A DNA stretch of 64,000 nt from NCBI GenBank assembly GCA_900315555.1, contig OMZN01000018.1, forward strand, positions 24,467-88,466. Reading direction: 5' to 3'. The notes beneath the pieces are model-generated. The model was not told the origin of the DNA, did no database searches, and saw only the letters and a list, made by a program, of their open reading frames with translations. Shown one piece after another: positions 19,205-28,199 of the stretch. This DNA comes from an uncultured Eubacteriales bacterium (lineage in GTDB: Bacteria > Bacillota > Clostridia > Peptostreptococcales > Anaerovoracaceae). Positions within the stretch are counted from its first letter, which is position 1. Every line of letters begins with the position of its first letter. The position numbers and the translations under genes were made by a program.

Positions 19205-22200
19205 GAGGCTGGAAATCCATGGGTTCAAATCATTTGCTGACCCCGTGACAATTAATTTCGACCGCGGCATCACCTGCGTGGTGGGCCCCAACGGCAGCGG
19301 CAAAAGCAACATCTGCGATGCCATTCGCTGGGTTCTGGGGGCACAGAGTGCCCGGGCGCTGCGCGGAGAAAAGATGGAGGACGTGATCTTTGCCGGTACG
19401 GCGCAGCGGCACGCCCGCGGTATGGCTGAAGTGACGCTGGTCCTTGACAACGAGGATCAGAGTCTTGCTATAGAGTACAGTGAAGTGGCCATTACGCGCC
19501 GGATGTATCGATCAGGCGAAAGTGAATATCTGATCAATAACAGCCGGTGCAGAATGAAGGATATCCGGGAGCTGATCATGGATACCGGCATCGGTGTGGA
19601 AGGTTACTCTATCATCGGTCAGGGAAAGATCAGCGACATCATCAGCAGCAACACAGAAAGCATTCGGGAAATCCTTGAGGAGACAGCCGGCATTGTCATG
19701 TACCGCAGCAAAAAGGAAGAGGCAGAGCGCAAGCTTGCCTCTGCCGACGCCAATATGGAACGGCTGGGCGATATCATTGGTGAACTGGAGAGCCGCCTGG
19801 GCGGGCTTCGCGAAGAAAGCGAAAAGGCGCAGCGGTATCTTGCGCTGCGGGAACGGCATCAGACGCTTTCTGTCAATATTACTCTGCGTCATATTGAAGA
19901 TCTGGAAAAAAAGCATGCTGCCATGCAGGAAGATATGCAGCAGACCGGGGCGAAAATCGAGGAACTTCGCCGCAGACAGGATGCGGCCGCAGACAGGATT
20001 GCCGAGGAGGAGACCCGCCGGCGCACCTTGGATCAGGCGATCCGGGAAGCGCATGAGGAGAGCAGCCGGAACGGCGGTGAGATAAGCTGTCTGCAGAGCC
20101 AGCAGCGGCTTCATGAGGAAAAGCTTGCTGCCGCCGGCCGTGATAAGGAACGGCTGGAAGGTGAGATCGCCGGGCTGCGGGCATCGCTGGAGAAGGAAAC
20201 GCAGAGCACGGAGGCACTGCAGGCCGAACGCCAGCACTGGGAGGACAAGCTGGCAGCCATCGAACAGGAAGAGGCGCAGAAGGCTTCACTCCATCAGGAA
20301 AGAAGGAACCGCCTGCAGGAGAAGAGTCGATTGATCGATGCCGATAAGGAAACCCTGATCCGTCTGCAGCAGACGACCGGCACCTGCACGGCGGAGATTC
20401 GCGGGTTGGAAAGCATGAAGGAAACGCTGGATGCCCGCCGCGAGGAAATTCTCCGCGAAAAGGCGGATCGTGAGCAGGGCATCCGGGAAGCGCGTTCTCT
20501 GCTGGAGGAAACGAAAGCGGCACAAAGCATGCTGCAGGCAGAGCATGCGCAAGCCGCTGCGGCGCTGCAGGAGGCTGAAGATACGAATCGCAGGGAAGAA
20601 GAGACAGCCGCCCGGTGCCGTCGCGAGGCTGAGCAGCTCAGAATTGAGACAGGAAAAGTCCTCGGCAGACTTCGCGCTATGGAAGAGATGGAATCCAATT
20701 ACGAAGGATTCAACAATGCGGTTCGTTTTGTCATGAAGAGCGGTGTGCCGGGCATGGAAGGCGTCGTGGCGGATCTTCTGGATGTGCCTGCAGGCATGGA
20801 AACCGCCATCGAGACAGCTCTTGGCGGTGCAGTGCAGAATATTGTCTGCCGCGATGATGCTGCGGCACGTGCGGCTATCGAGCAGCTGAAGCAGCACAAA
20901 GCGGGCCGCGCCACCTTTCTCCCGCTGTCCTCGGTTCGCGGAAGAGAACGCCGCACCAGCCGCATCCTGGAGGAGGAGAAGGGCTTTCTGGGCTACGGCA
21001 GTGCATGTGTCGATTTCGACAGCAGATTGCAGAGAATCGTCGATTATCTGCTCGGCAATGTTGTGGTGGCCGCTACGCTCAACGATGCGATCCGCATGTC
21101 AAAGAAGAACCGGACATTTCGTTTTGTGACGCTGGAGGGAGAGATCATTGCTCAAAGCGGTGCGGTGACGGGAGGACGCTATCGCAGTAAATCGGCACAT
21201 ATCTTTGCGAGGAAGTCCGAACTGGTCGCCTTAAAGGAGAAGGCCGCCGGGATGCAGCGCCGGGAGCAGGATCTGCAGGCACAGGAAAAGGCCGGCCGGG
21301 AAGCGCTGCACACGTGGGCAGCGGCCATCGAAGAAAAGAAGACCCAGGTGGACAGGCTGCAGCAGCAGCTCTTTTCCAAGAGCAACGAGATTACGCGTAT
21401 GGAAGCCGGCCTCAGCGGCAAGGAGGACAGCAGCAGGCACTGGCAGCGTGAGCTGGACGGACTTGCGGCACAGCAGGCTGCCTCCGAGGAAGACCTGCTG
21501 ACACTGCGGGAGGAGGCTGCCGCCGGTGCAGCAGAGATCGAGACACTGGAGAAGAAGCTGGAGGAGGCGATCCGCTGGCAGGAAGAGGAAGAGAAAGCCG
21601 TATCCTCCCTGGCGGAATCGCTTACGGAGATTCGTATCAACAAGAGCAGCATGCAGAGCGAGAAGGCACGGGTGGATGCTGTAGCCGGCCGCATTGAGGA
21701 AGCCAGGGAAGCGTATCGGTCGCAGCAGCGTGCCAAAGAGGAGCAGCTTGCGGCCCTGGGAGAAACACGCCGCTCGCTGGCGCAGCAGGCGGCCGCAGAG
21801 AAGCGGCAGCTGGACGAATACCTGGAGGCAGGAACCAGGCTGGCGGAACGGCTGCAGACGCTGGAAGGCGAGAAAGCGGCGCATGAGGCAGCCTGCGAAA
21901 ACACGCGTGCGCAGAAAGATGCACTGGACAAGGAATTGCATGCTCTGGCCGGTCAAAAGACAGAGATGGAAATCCGGGATGCCCGCATGCAGACCCAGCT
22001 TGAGACGGCACGCGGCAAGCTATGGGAGGAATTTGAGATCTCTTACAGGCAGGCGATGGACTATCGAAAAGATGACTTCGTCATGAGCGCTGCGGTCAGG
22101 GAAGACCGGGAGCTTAAGCGGCAGATGAAGGAGCTGGGCGAGGTTAATGTCGGTGCCATCGAGGAATATAAGGAAGTAAGCAGTCGCTATAAGTTCCTGA

Positions 22201-22733
22201 CAGAACAGCGTGACGATATCGTCTGTTCCAAGGAGGAGCTCCACGGTATCATTACCGATATGGACAAGGTGATTCACCGCAAATTCAAGGAGAGCTTCGA
22301 TCAGATCGTCGATCATTTTGAAAGTGTCTACAGGGAGCTGTACGGGGGCGGGCATGCCAGAATCATTCTCCGTGATCCTGACGATCCCTTCGGGACGGAT
22401 ATCGAAATCACGGCGCAGCCGCCAGGCAAGCAGCTCAAGAGTATCAACCTGCTTTCCGGCGGAGAAAAGACCATGACCGCTATCGCCTTGATGTTTGCCG
22501 TGCTTAAGACCAAGCCGACGCCCTGCTGCGTACTCGATGAGATCGAGGCGGCGCTGGATGACAGCAATCTGAATATTTTCGGCAATTATGTCCGCCGCTT
22601 TCAGGGCGTGCAGTTTACGCTGATCACGCACCAGAAGGCGACGATGGAGCATGCAGATGTTATGTACGGTGTCACCATGCCCGAGAGCGGCGTTTCCAAG
22701 GTGTATTCGCTGCGGATGCAGAAAAAGGGGTGA
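19194..22733 (+). CDS. smc: chromosome segregation protein SMC
   Basis: N-terminus MYFKRLEIHGFKSF...GPNGSGKSN, long coiled coils, a hinge, and C-terminal LSGGEK / VLDEIEAALD. Confidence 0.97.
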   Translation: MYFKRLEIHGFKSFADPVTINFDRGITCVVGPNGSGKSNICDAIRWVLGAQSARALRGEKMEDVIFAGTAQRHARGMAEVTLVLDNEDQSLAIEYSEVAITRRMYRSGESEYLINNSRCRMKDIRELIMDTGIGVEGYSIIGQGKISDIISSNTESIREILEETAGIVMYRSKKEEAERKLASADANMERLGDIIGELESRLGGLREESEKAQRYLALRERHQTLSVNITLRHIEDLEKKHAAMQEDMQQTGAKIEELRRRQDAAADRIAEEETRRRTLDQAIREAHEESSRNGGEISCLQSQQRLHEEKLAAAGRDKERLEGEIAGLRASLEKETQSTEALQAERQHWEDKLAAIEQEEAQKASLHQERRNRLQEKSRLIDADKETLIRLQQTTGTCTAEIRGLESMKETLDARREEILREKADREQGIREARSLLEETKAAQSMLQAEHAQAAAALQEAEDTNRREEETAARCRREAEQLRIETGKVLGRLRAMEEMESNYEGFNNAVRFVMKSGVPGMEGVVADLLDVPAGMETAIETALGGAVQNIVCRDDAAARAAIEQLKQHKAGRATFLPLSSVRGRERRTSRILEEEKGFLGYGSACVDFDSRLQRIVDYLLGNVVVAATLNDAIRMSKKNRTFRFVTLEGEIIAQSGAVTGGRYRSKSAHIFARKSELVALKEKAAGMQRREQDLQAQEKAGREALHTWAAAIEEKKTQVDRLQQQLFSKSNEITRMEAGLSGKEDSSRHWQRELDGLAAQQAASEEDLLTLREEAAAGAAEIETLEKKLEEAIRWQEEEEKAVSSLAESLTEIRINKSSMQSEKARVDAVAGRIEEAREAYRSQQRAKEEQLAALGETRRSLAQQAAAEKRQLDEYLEAGTRLAERLQTLEGEKAAHEAACENTRAQKDALDKELHALAGQKTEMEIRDARMQTQLETARGKLWEEFEISYRQAMDYRKDDFVMSAAVREDRELKRQMKELGEVNVGAIEEYKEVSSRYKFLTEQRDDIVCSKEELHGIITDMDKVIHRKFKESFDQIVDHFESVYRELYGGGHARIILRDPDDPFGTDIEITAQPPGKQLKSINLLSGGEKTMTAIALMFAVLKTKPTPCCVLDEIEAALDDSNLNIFGNYVRRFQGVQFTLITHQKATMEHADVMYGVTMPESGVSKVYSLRMQKKG

Positions 22734-22739
22734 AGAGTA

Positions 22740-23630
22740 ATGGAAAAGAAAAAGTCGTTTTTTGGCAGACTCTCGCAGAGAATCAATGAAGCCATTGCCG
22801 GTACCGACGAGATTACAGAAGACTTTATGGATGAGCTGGAGGAGATTTTGATCACTTCCGATATCGGTATGGAGACCACTATGCGCATCATGGAGCGAAT
22901 GCACCGCACGGTGGAAAATGAACATATTCGCAAAACGGCCACGGTGAGAACCATCCTGAAGAAGATTCTGACCGCCATGGTGGACAAGGGCGAGGCACTG
23001 CAGATGAGCAGCCAGTATCCGCTGGTGGTGATGATGATCGGGATCAACGGCGGCGGCAAAACCACGTCCATCGGCAAGCTGGCGCATCGATACCAGCAGG
23101 AAGGCAAGTCGGTTCTGCTGGCAGCAGCGGATACCTTCCGGGCTGCAGCGGGCGAGCAGCTGGCTGTCTGGGGAGAGCGCAACCAGGTGCCGGTAATCAG
23201 TCATCAGGAGGGGGCAGATCCTTCCGCCGTTCTTTTTGATGCCTGTCAGGCCGCCAAATCCAGAAAGATCGATGTTCTGATCTGTGACACGGCCGGCCGT
23301 CTGCAGAACAAGAAGAATCTGATGAAAGAACTGGAAAAGATGAACAAGGTGATCGACAGAGAGTTCCCGCAGGCCGCCCGTGAAACGCTGCTGGTGCTGG
23401 ATGCCACCACTGGGAAAAATGCTGTTTCGCAGGTGAAGGAGTTCCGCGAGGTGGCGGATCTGACCGGGGTGATTCTGACCAAGCTCGATGGTACCGCCAA
23501 GGGCGGCATCGTGATCACGATCGCCGATGAGTATGATATGCCGGTCAAGTTTGTCGGTGTGGGCGAGGGCGTAGAGGATCTGCGCGCCTTCGTGCCGGAG
23601 GAGTTCATAGGAGGAATTTTCGATGAGTAA
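22740..23630 (+). CDS. ftsY: signal recognition particle receptor
   Basis: SRP GTPase motifs GINGGGKTTS, DTAGR and TKLDG. Confidence 0.95.
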   Translation: MEKKKSFFGRLSQRINEAIAGTDEITEDFMDELEEILITSDIGMETTMRIMERMHRTVENEHIRKTATVRTILKKILTAMVDKGEALQMSSQYPLVVMMIGINGGGKTTSIGKLAHRYQQEGKSVLLAAADTFRAAAGEQLAVWGERNQVPVISHQEGADPSAVLFDACQAAKSRKIDVLICDTAGRLQNKKNLMKELEKMNKVIDREFPQAARETLLVLDATTGKNAVSQVKEFREVADLTGVILTKLDGTAKGGIVITIADEYDMPVKFVGVGEGVEDLRAFVPEEFIGGIFDE

Positions 23631-24948
23631 GCCGGTGCTTGCCGTTGTCGGCAGACCTAATGTGGGGAAATCCACGTTTTTCAACAGGATCGTCGGACGC
23701 CGCGTGGCCATTGTGGAGGATACGCCCGGGGTCACGAGGGATCGGATCTATGCCGAGGCTGAATGGAACGGTGTGGAATTCAGTGTGATCGATACCGGCG
23801 GGATTGAACCTGCCAGCAGCGAGGTAATTCCTGCCCAAATGCGTGAGCAGGCGCAGATCGCTATGGATGCGGCCGACTGCGTTCTCTTTCTGGTGGATGG
23901 AAAGGAAGGCCTGACCACGTCCGACCGGGAGGTGGCCGACATGCTTCGCCGCCGGGCCGACCACGTTGTGCTTGCGGTCAACAAGGTGGACAAGGCGGAA
24001 CTGCCTGATGATTTTTACGATTTTTATGAGCTGGGGCTGGGTGAACCGTATCCCATTTCTTCTGCCAACATGCTGGGGCTGGGCGATCTGCTCGATGTCA
24101 TTCTGGAGCATTTTCCGGCCGGCGAGGCGGAAGAAAGCGAAGAGCGGATCAATATAGCGGTGATCGGCAAGCCCAACGTGGGAAAATCTTCTCTGATCAA
24201 TGCGCTGCTGGGCGAGAACCGGGTGATCGTCTCTGACATTGCCGGCACCACCCGCGATTCCATCGATACACCTTTTGAAAAGGACGGTGTTAAGTACAAT
24301 CTGGTGGATACGGCGGGCATCCGGCGCAGGAGCAAGGTCAGCGAAGCCATCGAGCGGTACAGTGTCATCCGGGCTGTAGCTGCCATTGAACGCTGCGATA
24401 TCTGCCTTTTGATGATCGATGGCCGCGAGGGTATCAGTGAGCAGGACAAGAAGATCGCCGGGATTGCCCATGAGGGCGGCAAAGGCATTATCGTATGCAT
24501 CAACAAATGGGATCTGGTGCCGAAGGAGACGAATACGATGCAGCATTTCCGCAGGGAAATTGCATCGGAGATGAGCTTCATGTCCTATGCTCCCGCTATC
24601 TTCATTTCGGTGCTGGAGCATCAGCGTCTGGATCAGGTGCTTGCGACGGCGCGCACGGTTGCGGAAAACAGGGCGAAGCGCATCCCTACGGGCAAGCTCA
24701 ACAGCCTGCTTTCGGATGCGGTCATGATGAAGATGCCGCCTTCCGACAAGGGCAAGCGCCTGAAGTTCTACTATGTGACGCAGGTAGGGGTCAAGCCCCC
24801 GCTGTTCTCCTTCAAGATCAACGATCGCAAGCTGCTTCACTTCTCTTATTCCCGCTACCTGGAGAACAAGATCCGTGAAGCGTTCGGCTTTGAGGGTACG
24901 TCCATCAAGTTCGTATTTCGTGAGAAAGGAGAGAAGGAAGATGTTTGA
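23623..24948 (+). CDS. der: ribosome biogenesis GTPase Der (EngA)
   Basis: Two tandem GTPase domains (GRPNVGKST and GKPNVGKSS) plus a KH-like C-terminus. Confidence 0.95.
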   Translation: MSKPVLAVVGRPNVGKSTFFNRIVGRRVAIVEDTPGVTRDRIYAEAEWNGVEFSVIDTGGIEPASSEVIPAQMREQAQIAMDAADCVLFLVDGKEGLTTSDREVADMLRRRADHVVLAVNKVDKAELPDDFYDFYELGLGEPYPISSANMLGLGDLLDVILEHFPAGEAEESEERINIAVIGKPNVGKSSLINALLGENRVIVSDIAGTTRDSIDTPFEKDGVKYNLVDTAGIRRRSKVSEAIERYSVIRAVAAIERCDICLLMIDGREGISEQDKKIAGIAHEGGKGIIVCINKWDLVPKETNTMQHFRREIASEMSFMSYAPAIFISVLEHQRLDQVLATARTVAENRAKRIPTGKLNSLLSDAVMMKMPPSDKGKRLKFYYVTQVGVKPPLFSFKINDRKLLHFSYSRYLENKIREAFGFEGTSIKFVFREKGEKEDV

Positions 24949-25699
24949 GTTTCTCCGCATGGTGATCGCCGGCAGCAGCTTTTCCGGCGTGGCTGCGCAG
25001 GGAAATAACCTTCTGGCCCGGATTATCATGCAGGATCAGGGTATGGGAAGATTCTACCTGGTGATTATCGCGGCCATTGCGGCAGCCTACTTTCTCGGCA
25101 ATATTTCCCCGGCCACGCTGATCGGCCGTGCCATGGGCGTGGATATCAAGAAAGAAGGCAGTGGGAATGCAGGCACGACCAATGTGGCACGTGTCCTCGG
25201 CGTCAAAGCTGCCGCCGGTACGCTTCTCATCGATGTATGCAAAGGCATGGCGGCCGTGCTCCTCGGGCGGGCCTTAGGCGGTGATTTCCTGGCGATGATC
25301 GTCGTTCTCCCGGTGATCCTGGGACACATTTGGCCGGTGGTGCTTCGCTTTCAGGGAGGCAAGGGAGTTGCTACTGCTTTCGGCGCACTGGTGATTCTGG
25401 ATCCGGCGATCGGGTTTGGAGAGCTGGCCGTCGTTGTTCTGGGGGTGCTCATCAGCCGAAGGATGTCGGTTGGTTCTTTTGCGGGATGCGCCGGGCTGCC
25501 GGTTTTGAGCTGGTTCCTGCTGCCGCCCTTTTTCCCGGACGGCCTGTGCATTGGTCTCATCGTTTTGTTCAAGCACCGCACCAACATCATGCGGGTGGCC
25601 AGAGGCGAGGAACCGCCTATCAGTTTCGGGCATAGAAAGCAGGGTACTGCAGAAGAACGCAAACACCAGACAGGACAGAGCGGAGAGCAGGAAAGATAG
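24941..25699 (+). CDS. plsY: glycerol-3-phosphate acyltransferase PlsY (start uncertain)
   Basis: GSGNAGTTNV and FQGGKGVAT motifs. The ATG at 24941 has a strong AAGGAGAGAAGGAAG RBS and overlaps the der stop. The starts at 25028 or 25043 would give a more typical length. Confidence 0.8.
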   Translation: MFEFLRMVIAGSSFSGVAAQGNNLLARIIMQDQGMGRFYLVIIAAIAAAYFLGNISPATLIGRAMGVDIKKEGSGNAGTTNVARVLGVKAAAGTLLIDVCKGMAAVLLGRALGGDFLAMIVVLPVILGHIWPVVLRFQGGKGVATAFGALVILDPAIGFGELAVVVLGVLISRRMSVGSFAGCAGLPVLSWFLLPPFFPDGLCIGLIVLFKHRTNIMRVARGEEPPISFGHRKQGTAEERKHQTGQSGEQER

Positions 25700-25745
25700 A
25701 ACGAAAGCTGCCAACGAAGAAAACGGAAAGACAGGAGGAAATATC

Positions 25746-26750
25746 ATGAAGAAGATCGGCGTCATCGGAGCCGGAAGCTGGGGGACTGCCCTTGCTATCA
25801 CGCTTGCAGGAAAGGGTCATGAGGTCAAGATCTGGGATCTTGACAAGGAGCATCTGCATTCTCTGAGAGAAAAACGGGAGAACGTCCGCTACCTTCCGGG
25901 GATTCGCTTCCCGGAGGGCATGCAGGTTGTGGAAACGGATGAGGAAGCGCTTGCAGGGGTGGATGTGGCACTCTTTTCCGCACCTGCGCAGCATTTTCGT
26001 GCGGCTTTCAAGAGTGCGCTGCCCTATATTCCCGACGAGGCAGTGATCGTCAATGTGGCCAAGGGCATCGAGAAGGGCAGCCTCATGAGGATGTCGGAGA
26101 TCGCCTTTGAGATCGATCCCAAGGCCCGCTATGTCGTATTGTCCGGTCCATCACATGCAGAGGAAGTAGGACGTTTGCTGCCGACAACGGTGGCGGTGGG
26201 AAGCCGGGACCGCGCGCTGGCAGAGTATGTGCAGGATGTGTTTATGACGGATCGCTTTCGTGTCTATACCAGCGACGACATCGTCGGCATGGAATTAGGC
26301 GGATCGCTGAAGAATATTATCGCTCTGGGTGCCGGCATATCGGACGGCATGGGGTTCGGCGACAATGCCAAGGCGGCACTGATGACAAGAGGCCTTGTGG
26401 AAATCAAGCGCCTGGGCGTCAAACTGGGCGCCGATCCCGAGACGCTTTCTGGTCTCTCCGGTGTGGGTGATCTGATTGTTACCTGCACGTCGATGCATTC
26501 ACGCAACCGCCGCTGCGGCATCATGATCGGCGAGGGCGTCGATCCGAAAGAAGCGACACGCCGGGTCGGCATGGTTGTGGAAGGCATGAGCACGACAGAG
26601 GCTGCCTACAGCCTGGCACAGCGGGAGGGCGTGGAAATGCCCATCACCGAAGCCATCTACCAGATCATTACCGGAAAGATCACGGCAGCGGAAGCCGAAC
26701 CGCTGCTGATGGGAAGAGAAAAGAAGCATGAGCGAGACGAAAACCTTTAA
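25746..26750 (+). CDS. gpsA: NAD(P)H-dependent glycerol-3-phosphate dehydrogenase
   Basis: MKKIGVIGAGSWGTALA Rossmann N-terminus, with AGGAGG 7 nt upstream. The upstream track extension overlaps plsY. Confidence 0.93.
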   Translation: MKKIGVIGAGSWGTALAITLAGKGHEVKIWDLDKEHLHSLREKRENVRYLPGIRFPEGMQVVETDEEALAGVDVALFSAPAQHFRAAFKSALPYIPDEAVIVNVAKGIEKGSLMRMSEIAFEIDPKARYVVLSGPSHAEEVGRLLPTTVAVGSRDRALAEYVQDVFMTDRFRVYTSDDIVGMELGGSLKNIIALGAGISDGMGFGDNAKAALMTRGLVEIKRLGVKLGADPETLSGLSGVGDLIVTCTSMHSRNRRCGIMIGEGVDPKEATRRVGMVVEGMSTTEAAYSLAQREGVEMPITEAIYQIITGKITAAEAEPLLMGREKKHERDENL

Positions 26751-28050
26751 TATTCAAACCTTCGGATGTCAGATGAACGAGCGGGATTCCGAGACTATCG
26801 CAGGGATGCTGGAGGAGATGGGTTACCTTCCTACGGATGACCGCGACAGTGCCAATGTTGCGGTCATCAATACCTGCAGCGTCAGGGAGCATGCCGATGA
26901 GCGGTTCTTTGGCACCCTGGGGCAGCTTAAGAAAATCCACGAAACCCGCGATGACTTCGTGGTCTGTCTCTGTGGCTGCATGATGCAGCAGCAGCCCGTG
27001 ATCGATCGGATCAAGACGAAATTCCCGTGGGTCGATCTGATCTTCGGCACCCATAACATTGAGGCATTCCCGCGTCTATTGGAGAAGGTGACACGGGAGA
27101 AGGAACGGCAGATTGAAATTCTTCCCGACGGCGGGGCGATCGTGGAGGGCCTGCCTTCGCATCGGCTGTACAGGCACAAGGCCTTTGTCAATATCATGTT
27201 TGGATGCAACAACTTCTGCACCTACTGTATTGTGCCCTACACCCGCGGCCGTGAGCGCAGCCGCCGTCCGCAGGATATCCTGCGGGAAATCGAGATGCTG
27301 GCCTGCGATGGGGTCTGTGAGGTGACACTTCTGGGGCAGAATGTCAACTCTTACCGCAGCGAGGACGGCACCAGCTTCGCGCAGCTGCTGCAGGAAATCG
27401 CCAAAGTGGAGGGCATTGAGAGGATTCGCTTTATGACATCGCATCCCAAGGATCTCTCCGAGGAACTGATCGAGGTTTACCGCGATGTGGATAAAGTCTG
27501 CGGCAATATCCATCTGCCGGTGCAGTCCGGCAGCGACCGCATCCTCAAAGCCATGAACCGCAGGTACGATGCGGCCCGTTATCTTTCTCTCATCGAGAAG
27601 CTGCGCAGGGCACGGCCCGGTATCACCATCAGTACGGACATCATCGTCGGTTTCCCCGGGGAGACCGAGGAAGACTTTGAGGATACCCTGGCGCTGTGCC
27701 GGGAGGTGAAGTATGATTCCGCATTCACCTTTATCTATTCCGTCCGGCAGGGTACACCGGCGGCCGGCTACAAAGAGCAGATTCCCGAGGAGATCAAGCA
27801 CCGCCGGTTTGACAGGCTGGTAGAGGTTATTAATGCCTGCTCGCTAGCAAGAAACCGGCAGTACATCGGCCGCGTGGAATGCGTCATGGTGGACGGCGCC
27901 GACAAGAACGGCGGGGGCATGCTGGGAGGCAGAACCGATGGATTTAAGCAGGTACACTTCCCTGCCTCCGGAGGAGAGAAAGCAGGGGACTTTGTTGATG
28001 TAAAGATCACGGAGGCAAAGACTTTCAGCCTGCTGGGAGAAAGGATCTAA
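26728..28050 (+). CDS. miaB: tRNA-2-methylthio-N6-dimethylallyladenosine synthase
   Basis: N-terminal FGCQMNERDSE, radical-SAM CNNFCTYC, and a C-terminal TRAM domain. Confidence 0.93.
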   Translation: MSETKTFNIQTFGCQMNERDSETIAGMLEEMGYLPTDDRDSANVAVINTCSVREHADERFFGTLGQLKKIHETRDDFVVCLCGCMMQQQPVIDRIKTKFPWVDLIFGTHNIEAFPRLLEKVTREKERQIEILPDGGAIVEGLPSHRLYRHKAFVNIMFGCNNFCTYCIVPYTRGRERSRRPQDILREIEMLACDGVCEVTLLGQNVNSYRSEDGTSFAQLLQEIAKVEGIERIRFMTSHPKDLSEELIEVYRDVDKVCGNIHLPVQSGSDRILKAMNRRYDAARYLSLIEKLRRARPGITISTDIIVGFPGETEEDFEDTLALCREVKYDSAFTFIYSVRQGTPAAGYKEQIPEEIKHRRFDRLVEVINACSLARNRQYIGRVECVMVDGADKNGGGMLGGRTDGFKQVHFPASGGEKAGDFVDVKITEAKTFSLLGERI

Positions 28051-28199
28051 CTGTCCTGCATGCGGCGTCTGTCCGCCTTTTGGCAAAGCGGGACAACCCG
28101 TCAAAAGCAAGTTGACCGGTTCCGCGGCAGGATGATACGATGAGATTGAGAGAAGTAAGCAAAACCAGGGAAGGATCTAACAGCGGCAGGAGTGAGACC

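Noticed and set aside
22020-23735. 571-aa antisense ORF spanning the smc 3' end, all of ftsY and the der start.
   Set aside because: This is the same codon-register shadow effect (its register matches smc and ftsY). It crosses two real gene boundaries, and its sequence has no recognisable domain.
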